A stretch of 64,000 nt of DNA from Oligoflexales bacterium (GCA_947468665.1 CANILH010000001.1:23683-87682); one strand, 5' to 3'. Shown: positions 8,017 through 20,391, counted from the first letter of the stretch. Notes: generated by a model not told the origin, from the sequence alone. Made by a program: numbers and translations.

Positions 8017-8136
8017 CAGGCAGGCCCCCGGAGCCCTGTTTTTATTGCCCTAAAAACGTAGTTGCAGTTCCAAAAGTTCTAGGCTATCAATTGCACCTCC
8101 AAAAGCAGTGGTAGCCTTCTACTTTTCTCCTTCAGA

Positions 8137-8577
8137 TTGAGACATATGAGCCAATTAAACCTCACTCCAGATCCCGTACTACTCGGAACCCAGGCATTAA
8201 TCTTTCTTGCCAATATGTTCGTCGTAAAAAAACTAATTTTAAATCCCTACCTAGCGGTAAGAAGTCGCCGCGAAGCGGCAACGGGCGGCAGTCACCATGA
8301 GGCCGATAAGCTTTCAAAAGACGCGTTAGCTCTCGAGGAGAAAATAACCGAAAGAATGCGGGCCGCTCACAAAGAAGCAACTATCGTCCGTGAAAAAATA
8401 AAGGCGGACGCGATGACAGCAAGAGCCGCGAGACTTTCTCAAGCGGAAACCGAGGCAAAACAAGCTCAGGCAAAAATGGAACGGGAAATCGCTCAAAACC
8501 TGGCTGAAGAGCGCTCCCGTAAAGAGGTCAGCATTAAGACCATCGCCGACTCTTTTTTCGCTCTCGTAACCCATTAA
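8137..8577 (+). CDS. atpF2: F0F1 ATP synthase subunit b' (second b-type stalk subunit; ATG 8146 is an alternative to TTG 8137)
   Basis: N-terminal TM (LLGTQALIFLANMFVVKKLIL) followed by a long charged Ala/Glu/Lys/Arg helix. It lies directly upstream of atpF-atpH-atpA. Confidence 0.75.
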   Translation: MRHMSQLNLTPDPVLLGTQALIFLANMFVVKKLILNPYLAVRSRREAATGGSHHEADKLSKDALALEEKITERMRAAHKEATIVREKIKADAMTARAARLSQAETEAKQAQAKMEREIAQNLAEERSRKEVSIKTIADSFFALVTH

Positions 8578-8616
8578 ATTAGCGACAACGAATTAAAACT
8601 AAAACGGAGCCCTTAG

Positions 8617-9117
8617 GTGGAACACCATTTTGATCTTACCAGCGCTGTAGTGATCCCATATATTAACTTCGCGGTTTTCATTGCGGCATTTGTGTTTTTC
8701 TTTCGCAAAAGCCTGGCGAGCCTCGCCAAATCAAGGCGAGACGCCTTCCTAAGCGCCTCTAAAGAGGCGCAGGCATCGCTTGACGCCGCGCGGCAGGTGT
8801 TTAGCGAAGTAAAAGCGCGTCTTGACGCGCTTGAGAGCGAGCTGAGTGCCTTCAGGGAGCAAAGCGAGAGAGCGGCCCATGAAGAGGCCCGACGCATTGC
8901 CGAGGAAACAGAACGATTCTCAAAGCAACTTCAGGAAGAAACCAAACGAATCGCGTCAGAGGCCATCGAAAGCGCGCGTCAGGAGCTACGGCAGGAAGTC
9001 GTTCAGGCCGCCCGCGAACTCGCCCAAAAACGGATTGAAACGGACCTTGATGTCGGGGCCCGCGAACTAATCCTCAAGTCACGTATGAGTGACGCCGCTA
9101 AAATGTCGGCCCAATAA
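8617..9117 (+). CDS. atpF: F0F1 ATP synthase subunit b (GTG start)
   Basis: N-terminal TM (VVIPYINFAVFIAAFVFFF) plus a long charged coiled helix. Positioned before the delta subunit. Confidence 0.8.
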   Translation: MEHHFDLTSAVVIPYINFAVFIAAFVFFFRKSLASLAKSRRDAFLSASKEAQASLDAARQVFSEVKARLDALESELSAFREQSERAAHEEARRIAEETERFSKQLQEETKRIASEAIESARQELRQEVVQAARELAQKRIETDLDVGARELILKSRMSDAAKMSAQ

Positions 9118-9154
9118 CAAAACGCCCACCACTACCAAAGGCTGGAGAAATAAA

Positions 9155-9694
9155 ATGAGCGTAACTTTAATCGCCAACCGCTACGCGAGGGCTCTTTTAA
9201 AAATGTCAGAAGCCGACGCCGGTTTCGCGACGCGAGCAGAAAACTTTTTGTCTGCGTGCGAGAGCCTCTTCGAGATAGTTGAAGCGAAGAAAATTCTTAA
9301 AAGCCCCGTTATGCCGCAAGATGTTAAAAAAGCACTGCTAGCCTATGCCGCAGACACCTCTGGCGCCGGCAAGGAATTTTCAGATTTTGCGGCCATTGTT
9401 GTCGAGGCCGGACGCACAAACATGATCCCCGACATTTCCCGGGCGTTTAGACACATGCTATCAGAAAAACGCGGAATCGCGGAAGCGACGGCGACTACGG
9501 CCGAGCCGCTCAGTGCCGCATTGGCGTCAGAGCTAAATCAGACTCTTGAAAAAGTCTTCAAAAAGAAAATCACATTGCGAAATGAGATCGATAAAAAAGT
9601 ATTAGGCGGAGTGGTGGTTTCGGTGGGCAATTATACCATCGATTTAAGTTTAAAGAGTCGTTTGAATTCTGTAGCGGATTTCGCGCAGCGATAA
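9155..9694 (+). CDS. atpH: F0F1 ATP synthase subunit delta (OSCP)
   Basis: Start chosen at ATG 9155 (GGAG at 9144-9147), giving MSVTLIANRYARALL, the typical delta N-terminus. The C-terminus LGGVVVSVGNYTIDLSLKSRL is also typical. The ORF-track start 9089 overlaps the atpF end. Confidence 0.85.
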   Translation: MSVTLIANRYARALLKMSEADAGFATRAENFLSACESLFEIVEAKKILKSPVMPQDVKKALLAYAADTSGAGKEFSDFAAIVVEAGRTNMIPDISRAFRHMLSEKRGIAEATATTAEPLSAALASELNQTLEKVFKKKITLRNEIDKKVLGGVVVSVGNYTIDLSLKSRLNSVADFAQR

Positions 9695-9713
9695 GAAAGG
9701 ATAATGGGGAATT

Positions 9714-11228
9714 ATGGAGAAGATCAGAGTTGAGGAAGTCAGCAGGATCATCGGCGACCGGATCAAAAATTACGGTCAAAAATCAGAACTGGTTGAAACC
9801 GGGACGGTTTTAACTGTAGGTGACGGGATCGCTCGTATTTATGGACTTGAGGGCGTTAGGGCCGGCGAGCTTGTTGAGTTTCAAAACGGCACTCGCGGCG
9901 TTGTACTTAACCTCGAGGAAGACAATGTTGGCGTCGCGGTGCTAGGCAAAACCGACGATATTCAGGAAGGCCACAGTGTAAAGCGCCTGAATGAGATTAA
10001 CGCGATTCCTATTGGACGCGGCCTTCTGGGCCGTGTTGTGGACGCCCTTGGAAATCCCATTGATGGTTTGGGCCCTCTAAAAACAACTGAACGCGGAAAG
10101 ATCGAAGTCAAAGCACCCGGTATCATTGCTCGTAAATCTGTTCATGAGCCGCTTCAAACTGGTATTAAGGCGATTGACGCCATGGTTCCAATTGGCCGTG
10201 GTCAGCGCGAGCTCATCATTGGAGATCGCCAAACTGGAAAAACAGCGGTGGCCATCGATACTATTCTCAACCAAAAGGGTAAAGGCGTAGTCTGTGTTTA
10301 TGTCGCCATCGGCCAAAAAGCGTCTACGGTTGCTCAGGTCGTTGACAAGCTGAAAAAAGCGGGCGCGATGGACTACACTATTGTGGTAGCAGCTACGGCC
10401 ACTGATCCGGCTCCTATGCAGTTTCTTGCCCCGTATTCTGGCTGCCGGTTAGCCGAATATTTCCGTGATATTGGTGAGCATGCCGTTATTTTTTATGACG
10501 ATCTTTCCAAGCAGGCGGCCGCCTACCGTGAACTTTCCCTCCTACTACGCCGTCCTCCTGGACGGGAGGCATATCCTGGAGATGTCTTCTATCTTCATAG
10601 CCGTCTTCTGGAGCGCTCTTGCAAATTAAACGACGAACTTGGCGGAGGCTCCATTACAGCCTTCCCGATCATTGAGACACAAGCGGGCGACATCGCGGCC
10701 TACATACCAACAAACGTGATCTCGATTACCGACGGCCAGATATTTCTTGAGGCAGATTTATTTTTCTCCGGTATTCGTCCGGCTATCAACGCAGGCCTCT
10801 CTGTTAGCCGGGTAGGGGGTTCAGCCCAGGTTCCTGCCATGAAGTCCATCGCGGGCAACCTTCGCCTTGAACTAGCCCAATACAGAGAGCTAGCGGCATT
10901 CGCGCAGTTTGGCTCTGATCTTGACGCGGTGACGCAAAGAGCTCTTAGCCGGGGTGCAAGACTTGTGGAGATCTTAAAGCAGGGACAATATGTTCCTATG
11001 CACGTGGGTCTTCAGGTGGCGATTATGTATGCGGCGACAAAAGGCTATTTGGATAAAGTCGAAATTCCCCAGGTTCTTAATTTTGAAAAAGGCCTTGCGG
11101 CACATCTGACGGCGAAATACTCCGCGTTGCTAGCCAAAATTGAGCAACGGGCGAAGTTAAATGACATAGAAGCGGAGCTTAAGGCGGGAATCGAGGAGTT
11201 CGCGAAAGGATTTAAAGCGCATGCCTAA
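9714..11228 (+). CDS. atpA: F0F1 ATP synthase subunit alpha
   Basis: 504 aa. Walker [16 protein letters not shown], plus the motifs [10 protein letters not shown] and ITDGQIFLE. Confidence 0.98.
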   Translation: MEKIRVEEVSRIIGDRIKNYGQKSELVETGTVLTVGDGIARIYGLEGVRAGELVEFQNGTRGVVLNLEEDNVGVAVLGKTDDIQEGHSVKRLNEINAIPIGRGLLGRVVDALGNPIDGLGPLKTTERGKIEVKAPGIIARKSVHEPLQTGIKAIDAMVPIGRGQRELIIGDRQTGKTAVAIDTILNQKGKGVVCVYVAIGQKASTVAQVVDKLKKAGAMDYTIVVAATATDPAPMQFLAPYSGCRLAEYFRDIGEHAVIFYDDLSKQAAAYRELSLLLRRPPGREAYPGDVFYLHSRLLERSCKLNDELGGGSITAFPIIETQAGDIAAYIPTNVISITDGQIFLEADLFFSGIRPAINAGLSVSRVGGSAQVPAMKSIAGNLRLELAQYRELAAFAQFGSDLDAVTQRALSRGARLVEILKQGQYVPMHVGLQVAIMYAATKGYLDKVEIPQVLNFEKGLAAHLTAKYSALLAKIEQRAKLNDIEAELKAGIEEFAKGFKAHA

Positions 11229-12087
11229 TTTAAAGGACATTAAGCGGCGTCTCGTTAGCGTTAAAAACACGCAAAAGATCACTCATGCTATGAAGCTGGT
11301 CTCCGCGGCGAAATTCGCCCGCGCCAATCACGCCGTAATTGCCGCGCGTCCTTATAGTAATGGATTTGAGCAGATGGTCGAGAAGGTTGTTTTGGCTGGG
11401 GGAGAAACCCCAACGCGCCTTACTGAGGCGCGGGGTCAGAATAAACGCGAACTTCTTGTCCTTGTGTCCACGGACCGCGGACTCTGTGGAAGCCTGAACT
11501 CCGGCTTGTTCAAAGTGGCGACGCGCTTTGTTACGGAGAAAGCAAACGCGGGAATCGCCATGGACACTATTGCCTGGGGTCGCCGCGCTGGAATGTTTTG
11601 CCGTAGGGTCAAATGGAAACTATTGTTGGAAAAGGAGAAAGTTACTGACAAGCCAAAATACCCGGTAGCCCGAGGTCTCGCCGAAGAGCTTGTAACAATG
11701 TACATGACTGGTGGCTATGACGCCGTTCATGTGGCTTTTGTGGAATTTAAAAGTGCCCTTAGCCAGGTCCCAGTCATTAAGCAGCTTTTACCGGTAGTTC
11801 CAAAAGAGGCAACCAAAAAGCCGGGAGTTCCCACGCATATCCTTATGGAGCCAGTAGCGGCGAAACTTATTGAGCCAGTGCTAGAGAGGCTTATAGTCGC
11901 TCAGGTATTCAGGGTGCTTCTAGAGGCCGCCGCAAGCGAGCACGGCGCGAGGATGACATCGATGGACTCCGCGACAAAAAACGCCAAAGAGGTTGTCAAG
12001 AAGCTTACGCTTCAATATAACCGTGGCCGCCAGGCAGCCATTACGAAAGAATTGATAGAAATTACCAGTGGTGCTGCCGCGTTGTAA
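11221..12087 (+). CDS. atpG: F0F1 ATP synthase subunit gamma
   Basis: 288 aa. N-terminus [32 protein letters not shown]-terminus [19 protein letters not shown]. Confidence 0.96.
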   Translation: MPNLKDIKRRLVSVKNTQKITHAMKLVSAAKFARANHAVIAARPYSNGFEQMVEKVVLAGGETPTRLTEARGQNKRELLVLVSTDRGLCGSLNSGLFKVATRFVTEKANAGIAMDTIAWGRRAGMFCRRVKWKLLLEKEKVTDKPKYPVARGLAEELVTMYMTGGYDAVHVAFVEFKSALSQVPVIKQLLPVVPKEATKKPGVPTHILMEPVAAKLIEPVLERLIVAQVFRVLLEAAASEHGARMTSMDSATKNAKEVVKKLTLQYNRGRQAAITKELIEITSGAAAL

Positions 12088-12147
12088 CAACTCAAAATAG
12101 GTTTGTTACAAAGGTCTGACCATCGTTAACAAGTAAAAGTAACTTAA

Positions 12148-13581
<1,434 letters not shown>

Positions 13582-13640
13582 AGCATTCCAGGAGGTCTCC
13601 CCGAACGAAAGTTTCGGGAAGCTCCTTAAGGAGATAGTAA

Positions 13641-14066
13641 ATGTCACAAGGTGAATTAACGGTAAAGATACTTTCACCCGAAAGAATCCTCTTTCGCGGA
13701 ACAGCCAAGTCTCTCGGTCTTCCGGGAATGTTGGGTTATATGACCCTGTTACCAGGCCACGCCCCAATGGTCGCTGAGCTTGATTCAGGTGTTATGACCC
13801 TGGAAGCGGATGGGATGGCGGCAGAAAAGCTGTTTGTAACGGGCGGATTTGTTGACGTGTCGGGTGAAGGTGTTACGGTTTTGGCCGACGTTGTCGAAAA
13901 AACGGCTGAAATTAATATTGAGCGAGCCAAAAAAGCGTTGGGCCGCGCCGAAGAGCGACTTACCGGACACAAAGTTCAGGGCATAGATGTCCCGCGAGCC
14001 CTTAGCGCAAAAAAGCGCGCAGCACACCGCATTGAGCTCGCTGGTACTACTAAGCATTTGCATTGA
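13641..14066 (+). CDS. atpC: F0F1 ATP synthase subunit epsilon
   Basis: 141 aa with a beta-sandwich N-terminus (LTVKILSPERILFRG..LPGHAP) and a helical C-terminus. It is the last gene of the atp unit. Confidence 0.9.
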   Translation: MSQGELTVKILSPERILFRGTAKSLGLPGMLGYMTLLPGHAPMVAELDSGVMTLEADGMAAEKLFVTGGFVDVSGEGVTVLADVVEKTAEINIERAKKALGRAEERLTGHKVQGIDVPRALSAKKRAAHRIELAGTTKHLH

Positions 14067-14080
14067 TCAGGCCATAAAAA

Positions 14081-15172
14081 ATGACAACAGGGCCGTCTTA
14101 CATACTAAAGCAGAGCCAACTGCCAAGGGTTGTTTGGGACGGCCTTGGGCTTTTAAATACTCACTCTGGTGTGGGGAATTACGGAGCAAATTTATATAAA
14201 AATCTGGAGCACCTGGGTATTTCACCAGAAGTGACGGCGCAAACTGGCCGATTACCGGGCTTTGTCACAAGTGCCCGGGGTATTATTTTGCCCCCGACTC
14301 TTTTAGGCCGGAAGTTTCAGGCGTTTAAACCATCTTTCCCCGTTTATTCATATCGCGCGGCGATTAACCAGCACCAAAAAATTATATATCATGGCCTTAG
14401 CAATATAAATCTTCCGTGCTTTGGGCGTCTCCGATCCTCGGACAAATTTGTCATAACAATCCACGACATTATTCCTATATTGACAGGCAAGAACTCTGCC
14501 CTGGGCCTTCAATTCAGGTGGCTGATGCCGCGTGTCCTTGAACGGGCTGACAGGGTGATTACCGGATCAAACTGGGCAAGGGACAGTATTTTGGAGGTGT
14601 TTGGCGCGAGGTACTCCGAAAAAATAGAAGCTGTTGGATATGGAACCGCGAAAACCAGCAACATTCCTAGCACAGAGCCAAGTATTGATTGTCTTACGAT
14701 TGCTCGCGGCGAATCTTATAAAAGACTCGAGCTAATCACCAGCATCGCCCGCAACTGCCCCGCCAGGCAATTTGCGGTCGTAACAGACCAGGCGGGAGTG
14801 TCCAGAATGGGGCATCTGCCGACGAATATAAAAACTTATTCTGGTCTCGACGATGAAAGACTGTCAAAGCTACTGCTGTCAGCGCGGGCGTTGCTTCAGC
14901 CATCTCTTTTTGAGGGGTGGTGCCTACCGGCGGCGGCGGCCTTGAATTCTGGCCTATATGTAATTTATTGCTCGGGATCAGGAATAGATGAAGTCTGTGC
15001 TCACGCCCCTGAACAGGCGGTAGCCCTTAGGCCTGAGAAAACGACAGATGACTGGTCTGAGGCCCTTAACGGGGTCCTGCGAAGACCAAAAACAACGAGT
15101 CCCCTAATTAATTTACCAACCTGGGAAGAAGTAGCCCAAAAAACTCTCAAAATATATCAGTCATTGGTATAA
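14081..15172 (+). CDS. Glycosyltransferase, GT-B fold (family 1/4-like)
   Basis: 363 aa. The C-terminal-half motif PSLFEGWCLPAAAALNSG resembles the E-x7-E region of retaining GT4 enzymes. Substrate unknown. Confidence 0.65.
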   Translation: MTTGPSYILKQSQLPRVVWDGLGLLNTHSGVGNYGANLYKNLEHLGISPEVTAQTGRLPGFVTSARGIILPPTLLGRKFQAFKPSFPVYSYRAAINQHQKIIYHGLSNINLPCFGRLRSSDKFVITIHDIIPILTGKNSALGLQFRWLMPRVLERADRVITGSNWARDSILEVFGARYSEKIEAVGYGTAKTSNIPSTEPSIDCLTIARGESYKRLELITSIARNCPARQFAVVTDQAGVSRMGHLPTNIKTYSGLDDERLSKLLLSARALLQPSLFEGWCLPAAAALNSGLYVIYCSGSGIDEVCAHAPEQAVALRPEKTTDDWSEALNGVLRRPKTTSPLINLPTWEEVAQKTLKIYQSLV

Positions 15173-15249
15173 TGGCATCAGTTAACGAATTTGTCTGGGT
15201 TGGTCGGCCTTAATGGGCGATCCAATATCAGCGAAGAAGAGGAGAAACG

Positions 15250-16206
15250 ATGTCCACGCATCAAAACAGCCGAAGAGCCGCATTGATCACAGGAGCCGCC
15301 GGTGAGTTGGGACAAAGAATTTGCGAGCATCTCGCCGGGCAGGGTAAAAACATAATTGGCCTTTATCGAAATAAGCTGCCGAAAGCACATAAGAACATGC
15401 TTCCCCTTTGTTGCGATCTCAACGAGGCGGATTCTATCGTTGCCCCCCTGAAATCAACAGATACCGTTATTCATCTCGCTTGGCAGGGCGGGGTGCTGGG
15501 GTCTTGTGGGAAGAATAGCGCAGAGATCTCTGACGACATGGTGAGAGCCTCTGAAAATGTCATTTTGACCCGAAATTTGGTTCGCGCGATGGAGCGGGCA
15601 AATGCTCAGAAAATTGTATTTTTGAGCTGGGTTGGTGTTGACCGGCGTGGTGATAACGTGATGCTGCGGGAGAAGTATTGGGCCGAGAATATAATTATAA
15701 ATTCTGCCATACCAGAAAAAATAATTATTAGAGCCGGCGTGATTGGAACAGGACAAAATGACAGTGATTTTTATAAAGCCGCGGCAGTTCTGGCGAAAAT
15801 CCCACTAATATTGCCACTCCCCAGAAAAATAGAGGGTGTGGTCTTAACAACAATAAAAGATGTCTTATGGGCTGTTGAGCAGGCGTTAAAACAAAATCAG
15901 GGGAAAGATGCCGGATGTCGCGTCATTGATTTAACGTCGACTACACCAAGCAGCGGCGCCAGTGTTCTGGAGGCCATGGACATAAAGGCCTGGGGTCGTC
16001 GTCGCCTGGTCATCAGGGGCATAATCGGAAACGCATTGTTTTGCTGGACGGAAAAAAAATTTGGAACAGCTAAAGTAAACGAGGCAAAGATGACGGACTT
16101 TTTCGCGGCAAGTACAATTAATTTAAGAGCTCCCGCCCAGGGCTTGCCACCGACCGCTATTGGTAGCTCACAGGGGCACAAAACAGACCTCATTAGCGCG
16201 CTTTGA
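15250..16206 (+). CDS. NAD(P)-binding SDR / epimerase-dehydratase-like protein
   Basis: N-terminal Rossmann motif ALITGAAGELGQRI. 318 aa, adjacent to the glycosyltransferase. Confidence 0.6.
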   Translation: MSTHQNSRRAALITGAAGELGQRICEHLAGQGKNIIGLYRNKLPKAHKNMLPLCCDLNEADSIVAPLKSTDTVIHLAWQGGVLGSCGKNSAEISDDMVRASENVILTRNLVRAMERANAQKIVFLSWVGVDRRGDNVMLREKYWAENIIINSAIPEKIIIRAGVIGTGQNDSDFYKAAAVLAKIPLILPLPRKIEGVVLTTIKDVLWAVEQALKQNQGKDAGCRVIDLTSTTPSSGASVLEAMDIKAWGRRRLVIRGIIGNALFCWTEKKFGTAKVNEAKMTDFFAASTINLRAPAQGLPPTAIGSSQGHKTDLISAL

Positions 16207-16218
16207 CGGTGTTACAAA

Positions 16219-16258
16219 AGCACCCCCCCAAGAAGACCGATCTTCTTGGGGGGGTGCT
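16219..16258. terminator. Bidirectional hairpin terminator between convergent SDR gene (+) and ftsZ (-)
   Basis: 17-bp perfect stem agcacccccccaagaag / cttcttgggggggtgct with loop accgat. A/T-rich flanks on both sides. Confidence 0.75.
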
Positions 16259-16275
16259 CTGTTATATTCAAAAAA

Positions 16276-18141
16276 TCAGCCGCCTTGTCTGCCGTCTACT
16301 CCCATTCGAAGGAAGGCAGGAAGATCAAGGTCATCGAGATCCAGAGGCGAGTGACCTTCGGATAACCTGACGCAATCGGCTGTTGACGGTGAGCCGAGCG
16401 CACTCATTTTTTCAGCTAGAGCCAAAGCCTCATCAATTCTGCGGTCAATCTCATCAGAGACTACGCCAGGATTTGGTGTGTCAAAATCCCAAGAAAAATC
16501 TTCCGAGGCTAATATTGCCCCAGCGCGGATTTCGTCATCAAGGGCGTCCTGGGACCCCCAGGAAAAGGCGCTTGAAGTCACTTCTACAGACGGAGTTTCT
16601 GCCATGCCACCAGCATTTTCAAAGAGCTGCTCTGCCAAAGACGGCGAGGAAGAGGGCCTTTCATGAAACACAGGGGTTCCGGGGGCGTCAAACCGCTCTA
16701 TTGACGAAGAAGAAATGTCATCAGACGCAGCCATGTGTGGCCTATCATGCTCGTCAACAGTCCAATTTGCGAGAGTCGAGGCCTCCAAGGCAACATCAAC
16801 GACTGCCGCCAGTGAAGCGGGGTCGGCCGTGTTGCTAAATGGGGTGGCAGGTGCACGGTTGATCTGGGAGCCGAAGGTGTTAAAAGAGGTCGTCTCACAG
16901 AGGCCCTCACCGAATGAGGCGAAATCATGACCGGCTTGTGGTCTTAGGACGTGATGAGAGGCAGGACTGTTGAAATGCGTCACCACGGGTGAAACTACGC
17001 CAGCTTGGACAGCCGCAATTGGGTTTAAAGGTCCAGGGCGGTCACGGGCATTGATTTGCCCTACGGGGCTTGTAAGCCTAGGTGGGGCAACTAACCGTTG
17101 CGGCGCCTGCGTACTATGGCCAACACCTCTTGCTGCTGGAGGTGGTAGAGTTCGACCCGCGCTATGAAGGTCATCGGCCGGCAAACCATCTTCAACCGGA
17201 AATCCAGTGGCAATGACCGTAATACGGATCTCGTCACCCAGCTCAGCATCAATGACGGCACCGAAAATAATATTCGCATCCTCGTGAGCGGCCTCTTGGA
17301 TCACCATACAGGCGTTGTTTACCTCCATGATGCTGACATTGGTGCCGGCGGTAATGTTAATAAGTATGCCAGTTGCGCCTTCGATATCTACATCCTCAAG
17401 GAGAGGGGATGCGATGGCTTGTTTGGCCGCGCTAAGTGCCCGGTCAGCGCCAGCGCCGTAGCCGATACCCATCAACGCGTGACCCATACTGCTCATTACG
17501 GTCTTTACGTCCGCAAAGTCGACATTAATCAGGCCGGGAGTATTAATAATGTCACTGATACCGCGTACGGCATTGACCAGAACGTTGTCAGCGAGTTTAA
17601 ACGCGTCAAGCATACTTAGATCCGGGGTCGCTATCTGAAGGAGCCGTTGGTTTGGAATAGTAATAAGCGTATCAACACATTCGCGAAGCCGGGCGACGCC
17701 CTGCTCAGCATGCTTACGACGCCTTTTTCCCTCAAAGGCAAATGGTTTGGTTACAACCGCGACAGTCAGCGCGCCGAGTTCCCGCGCAATTTGCGCGACA
17801 ACGGCAGCGGCGCCTGTTCCTGTTCCGCCACCCATACCGGCGGTGATAAACACCATGTCAGCATCACTTAGAAAGGCTTGCAGCTCTCGGCAGTCTTCAA
17901 GGGCAGCGTCGCGGCCAATATCAGGATCGGCGCCCGCGCCCAGTCCTTTAGTAAGATCTTTACCGATTTGAATTTTATTGGGGGCCAACGATGCGGCCAG
18001 AGCCTGAGCGTCTGTATTGGCCACAATAAAGTCCACACCCTCAAGTCCTGAGCGAATCATAGTGTTAACTGCGTTACCGCCGCCACCACCAACACCAATA
18101 ACTTTGATTTTCGCGCCAAATGCGTTGAAAGACATCACCAA
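16276..18141 (-). CDS. ftsZ: Cell division GTPase FtsZ with a very long C-terminal linker
   Basis: [11 protein letters not shown], the tubulin signature [12 protein letters not shown] and NVDFADV. The core ends at about aa 315. A Pro/Ser/Ala-rich linker of about 285 aa follows, then the conserved C-terminal peptide [12 protein letters not shown]. Confidence 0.96.
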   Translation of the reverse strand: MVMSFNAFGAKIKVIGVGGGGGNAVNTMIRSGLEGVDFIVANTDAQALAASLAPNKIQIGKDLTKGLGAGADPDIGRDAALEDCRELQAFLSDADMVFITAGMGGGTGTGAAAVVAQIARELGALTVAVVTKPFAFEGKRRRKHAEQGVARLRECVDTLITIPNQRLLQIATPDLSMLDAFKLADNVLVNAVRGISDIINTPGLINVDFADVKTVMSSMGHALMGIGYGAGADRALSAAKQAIASPLLEDVDIEGATGILINITAGTNVSIMEVNNACMVIQEAAHEDANIIFGAVIDAELGDEIRITVIATGFPVEDGLPADDLHSAGRTLPPPAARGVGHSTQAPQRLVAPPRLTSPVGQINARDRPGPLNPIAAVQAGVVSPVVTHFNSPASHHVLRPQAGHDFASFGEGLCETTSFNTFGSQINRAPATPFSNTADPASLAAVVDVALEASTLANWTVDEHDRPHMAASDDISSSSIERFDAPGTPVFHERPSSSPSLAEQLFENAGGMAETPSVEVTSSAFSWGSQDALDDEIRAGAILASEDFSWDFDTPNPGVVSDEIDRRIDEALALAEKMSALGSPSTADCVRLSEGHSPLDLDDLDLPAFLRMGVDGRQGG

Positions 18142-18289
18142 CCTCCTTGTAACGTTGTTACCGTAGCGGAATTAATTCACGCAACTTATTGAATCAAGAA
18201 AAAATAACTTAGGATCATAGTTAAAATTATAATGACCGCCAAAACTCCGTGTCAACTTTTTGGCGTAAATAAGAATGATAGATAACTAT

Positions 18290-19483
18290 TTATCTGGAAA
18301 GTTCGGAAAGCCATGTCCACAAGGGGCGCAGTCGGGAGAGAGGCCTGGCGTCACGCTCGACCTGAAAAGCGGCTAATTCCGCAAGCGCGGCGCGGCCGTG
18401 GCTTAAGACAGAAAGCCAAGCAGAGCCGACACTTACCATGGGGTTTTGCGAGGAAAGACCCAAATAGGCCTCCAGGCTCTTATTGGAAAGCTGGCAGACA
18501 AATGGCTGGCCGCAGTTAAATGCCTTTCCTGATACCGAGGCAAGCCCAGTCAGTTGCGAACCACCTCCGCAAAAGAGCAGGCCGCCGTCAAGAGCGCGTG
18601 CGTACAGGGCGAAATTTTTACCGGCCATGCCTAAGATCTCTAAAACCCGAGGCCGCAAAAATCTCTGCATATAAAGGGCGTTACCGGCGGGCACTTCCGC
18701 TATAGGCGACACGCCATGGGCCAGCTTTAAAGCCTCTGCGGAATCCTCTGGGCAATCGAGACCCGCCATAAGATCACGGGTTATGTGATGACTTCCAACC
18801 GGAAGGCTAAAAACTTTTTGGAAATGGCCACCGATCATGACCGCGCCAGTGGAGGTACTGTGCCCTAAGTCAATAAGGACAGCGTTTTCTGCCTCTGGCC
18901 TAAGATATTTCAGCGCCCTGGCCAATCCGAGTCCGTTTGAACGGAACTCCGAAACCTCAACGCCAGCAGCGTTCATACCAGAAAGTATGTCGGCAAGTAT
19001 AAGCTTCGGGTGAGTGGCGAGCATAATCTGAAGGCTAACTCCGCGCCCCGCGCTACCGAAAGAGAGCATGCTCAAAGGGCTATCGTCCAGGCGGGCAGAA
19101 ACAACGAGGGAATCAATCACCTCGTCAAGATCACCGGACGCGGTGTCAACGGCCGAGTCTAGAATGGCCGTGTAGTCAGAGGACCCATATGTCCCGCTTG
19201 TCCGATGCTGCAAGGACTTAAGCACATAACGGGTATTAAGATCCGAGATATTTACAATGGCTTTGTAACGGGAGGGCGCGAGTCCGGCATCCTTGACTAG
19301 AGCTGCGACGCTCTCTGAAAACTGGCCGGGAACAGTGACCTTGCCTTTCGCATACCCTGAAATAGGCTGCTGAAATAATTTGAAGGTGCCGCTTTCATTG
19401 TCGATGACCAGAAGGCGGCAGGCCGCGTGGCCGAGGTCAAAGAGCGCGATTTTTTTTTCACGGTTATTTAAAAGTCCTATCAA
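18290..19483 (-). CDS. ftsA: Cell division protein FtsA (divergent actin-fold ATPase)
   Basis: 397 aa lying between ftsQ and ftsZ. Actin-fold motifs ALFDLGHAAC, LIDLGHSTSTG and FCGGGSQLTGL. Amphipathic C-terminal tail LRPLWTWLSELSR. Confidence 0.8.
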   Translation of the reverse strand: MIGLLNNREKKIALFDLGHAACRLLVIDNESGTFKLFQQPISGYAKGKVTVPGQFSESVAALVKDAGLAPSRYKAIVNISDLNTRYVLKSLQHRTSGTYGSSDYTAILDSAVDTASGDLDEVIDSLVVSARLDDSPLSMLSFGSAGRGVSLQIMLATHPKLILADILSGMNAAGVEVSEFRSNGLGLARALKYLRPEAENAVLIDLGHSTSTGAVMIGGHFQKVFSLPVGSHHITRDLMAGLDCPEDSAEALKLAHGVSPIAEVPAGNALYMQRFLRPRVLEILGMAGKNFALYARALDGGLLFCGGGSQLTGLASVSGKAFNCGQPFVCQLSNKSLEAYLGLSSQNPMVSVGSAWLSVLSHGRAALAELAAFQVERDARPLSRLRPLWTWLSELSR

Positions 19484-20391
19484 AGCTTTTTTTCCTTAAT
19501 AAAGGCTTTGCCTTCATAGTCCAGCTCAATACGGGAGGCGACGACGCCATCACGTTTAAGGCCATCCAAGATACCGCGAAGTTTTTTGAGCTTATAGTCA
19601 AACGGTTTGATTCCAATGACGATCTCCGTTTGATCAGCCAGTAAAATTGAAAAACCCCTGAATTTTTGAAAATTGATCGACGATAGATCTACACCAGCCT
19701 CGATCGCCCGTTGCCAGATGTCGACGGCCTCGAGCAGATGCCGCTTTTCCTCGTTGCTTGTGACAACGCGTTGAGACGAGTCGATACTGGCGCCCGGACT
19801 TTGGTTCAATATTCCGCCCACTAAAACACTGGGATGGGCGCCTGTTTGATTTCCGGAAGCATCATTGGCGTCTCCGTAGACTGTGCCATCAAGGGTTAAA
19901 AATCTTGTCTTGCCTCCGACGGAGGCGAGCAGGGCGGGCCGGCGAAGCTCCGCCGAAAGAATAATCGTGTCGGCCAAAGGCCGAATCACTTTCACGGCAT
20001 CCAGCATTCCGAGACTCTCCACTTGCCGGGCCAGCACAGAAAGTTCGGTTGGATTCCCAGTGCGCAATAGCCGTGACGCGAGCCGGTATACTTCCCGTGA
20101 TATGTCATCAGGCAGTGGGGTGCCGCTTTTTGATGTCACTTCAATCCGCCACTCTCTGGGCGCCAGAACAATTACAGAATTCAGGTATGAGGTGACCTCA
20201 TGAGTTTTGTCGAGAATTCTAATACTCAGACCCCATAAGAGCGTAAGAATAAGAACCCCGACTAGGCCCTTTGCCGCCAGCGACCAAGAAAAAAAAGTGT
20301 CATTTTTTGCCGAGCGTTCAGATGATTTAACGCGCTGCTTGTCCAGAATGGAGCGCTTTTTACTGCCACGAGGCTTTAGTGCACGAAACAT
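19480..20391 (-). CDS. ftsQ: Cell division protein FtsQ/DivIB (bitopic, POTRA-type)
   Basis: 303 aa with a basic N-terminus, a single TM (LVGVLILTLLWGLSI) and a periplasmic body. Canonical position upstream of ftsA, overlapping it by 4 nt. Confidence 0.75.
   Translation of the reverse strand: MFRALKPRGSKKRSILDKQRVKSSERSAKNDTFFSWSLAAKGLVGVLILTLLWGLSIRILDKTHEVTSYLNSVIVLAPREWRIEVTSKSGTPLPDDISREVYRLASRLLRTGNPTELSVLARQVESLGMLDAVKVIRPLADTIILSAELRRPALLASVGGKTRFLTLDGTVYGDANDASGNQTGAHPSVLVGGILNQSPGASIDSSQRVVTSNEEKRHLLEAVDIWQRAIEAGVDLSSINFQKFRGFSILLADQTEIVIGIKPFDYKLKKLRGILDGLKRDGVVASRIELDYEGKAFIKEKKL

Noticed and set aside
8017-8060. Terminator after parB (caggcaggcccccggagccctgTTTTT)
   Set aside because: A T-run is present, but the best stem I can draw is only about 4 bp (cagg/cctg) with mismatched interior. 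That is not convincing enough to list as a feature.
16383-17619. 151-aa plus-strand ORFs (16383..16838, 17164..17619) and several 60-76-aa ORFs antisense to ftsZ
   Set aside because: These are open antisense frames of the kind common opposite GC-rich, Ala/Gly/Pro-rich coding sequence. The translations are Arg/Pro/Gln-rich low complexity. The ftsZ frame explains the region fully.
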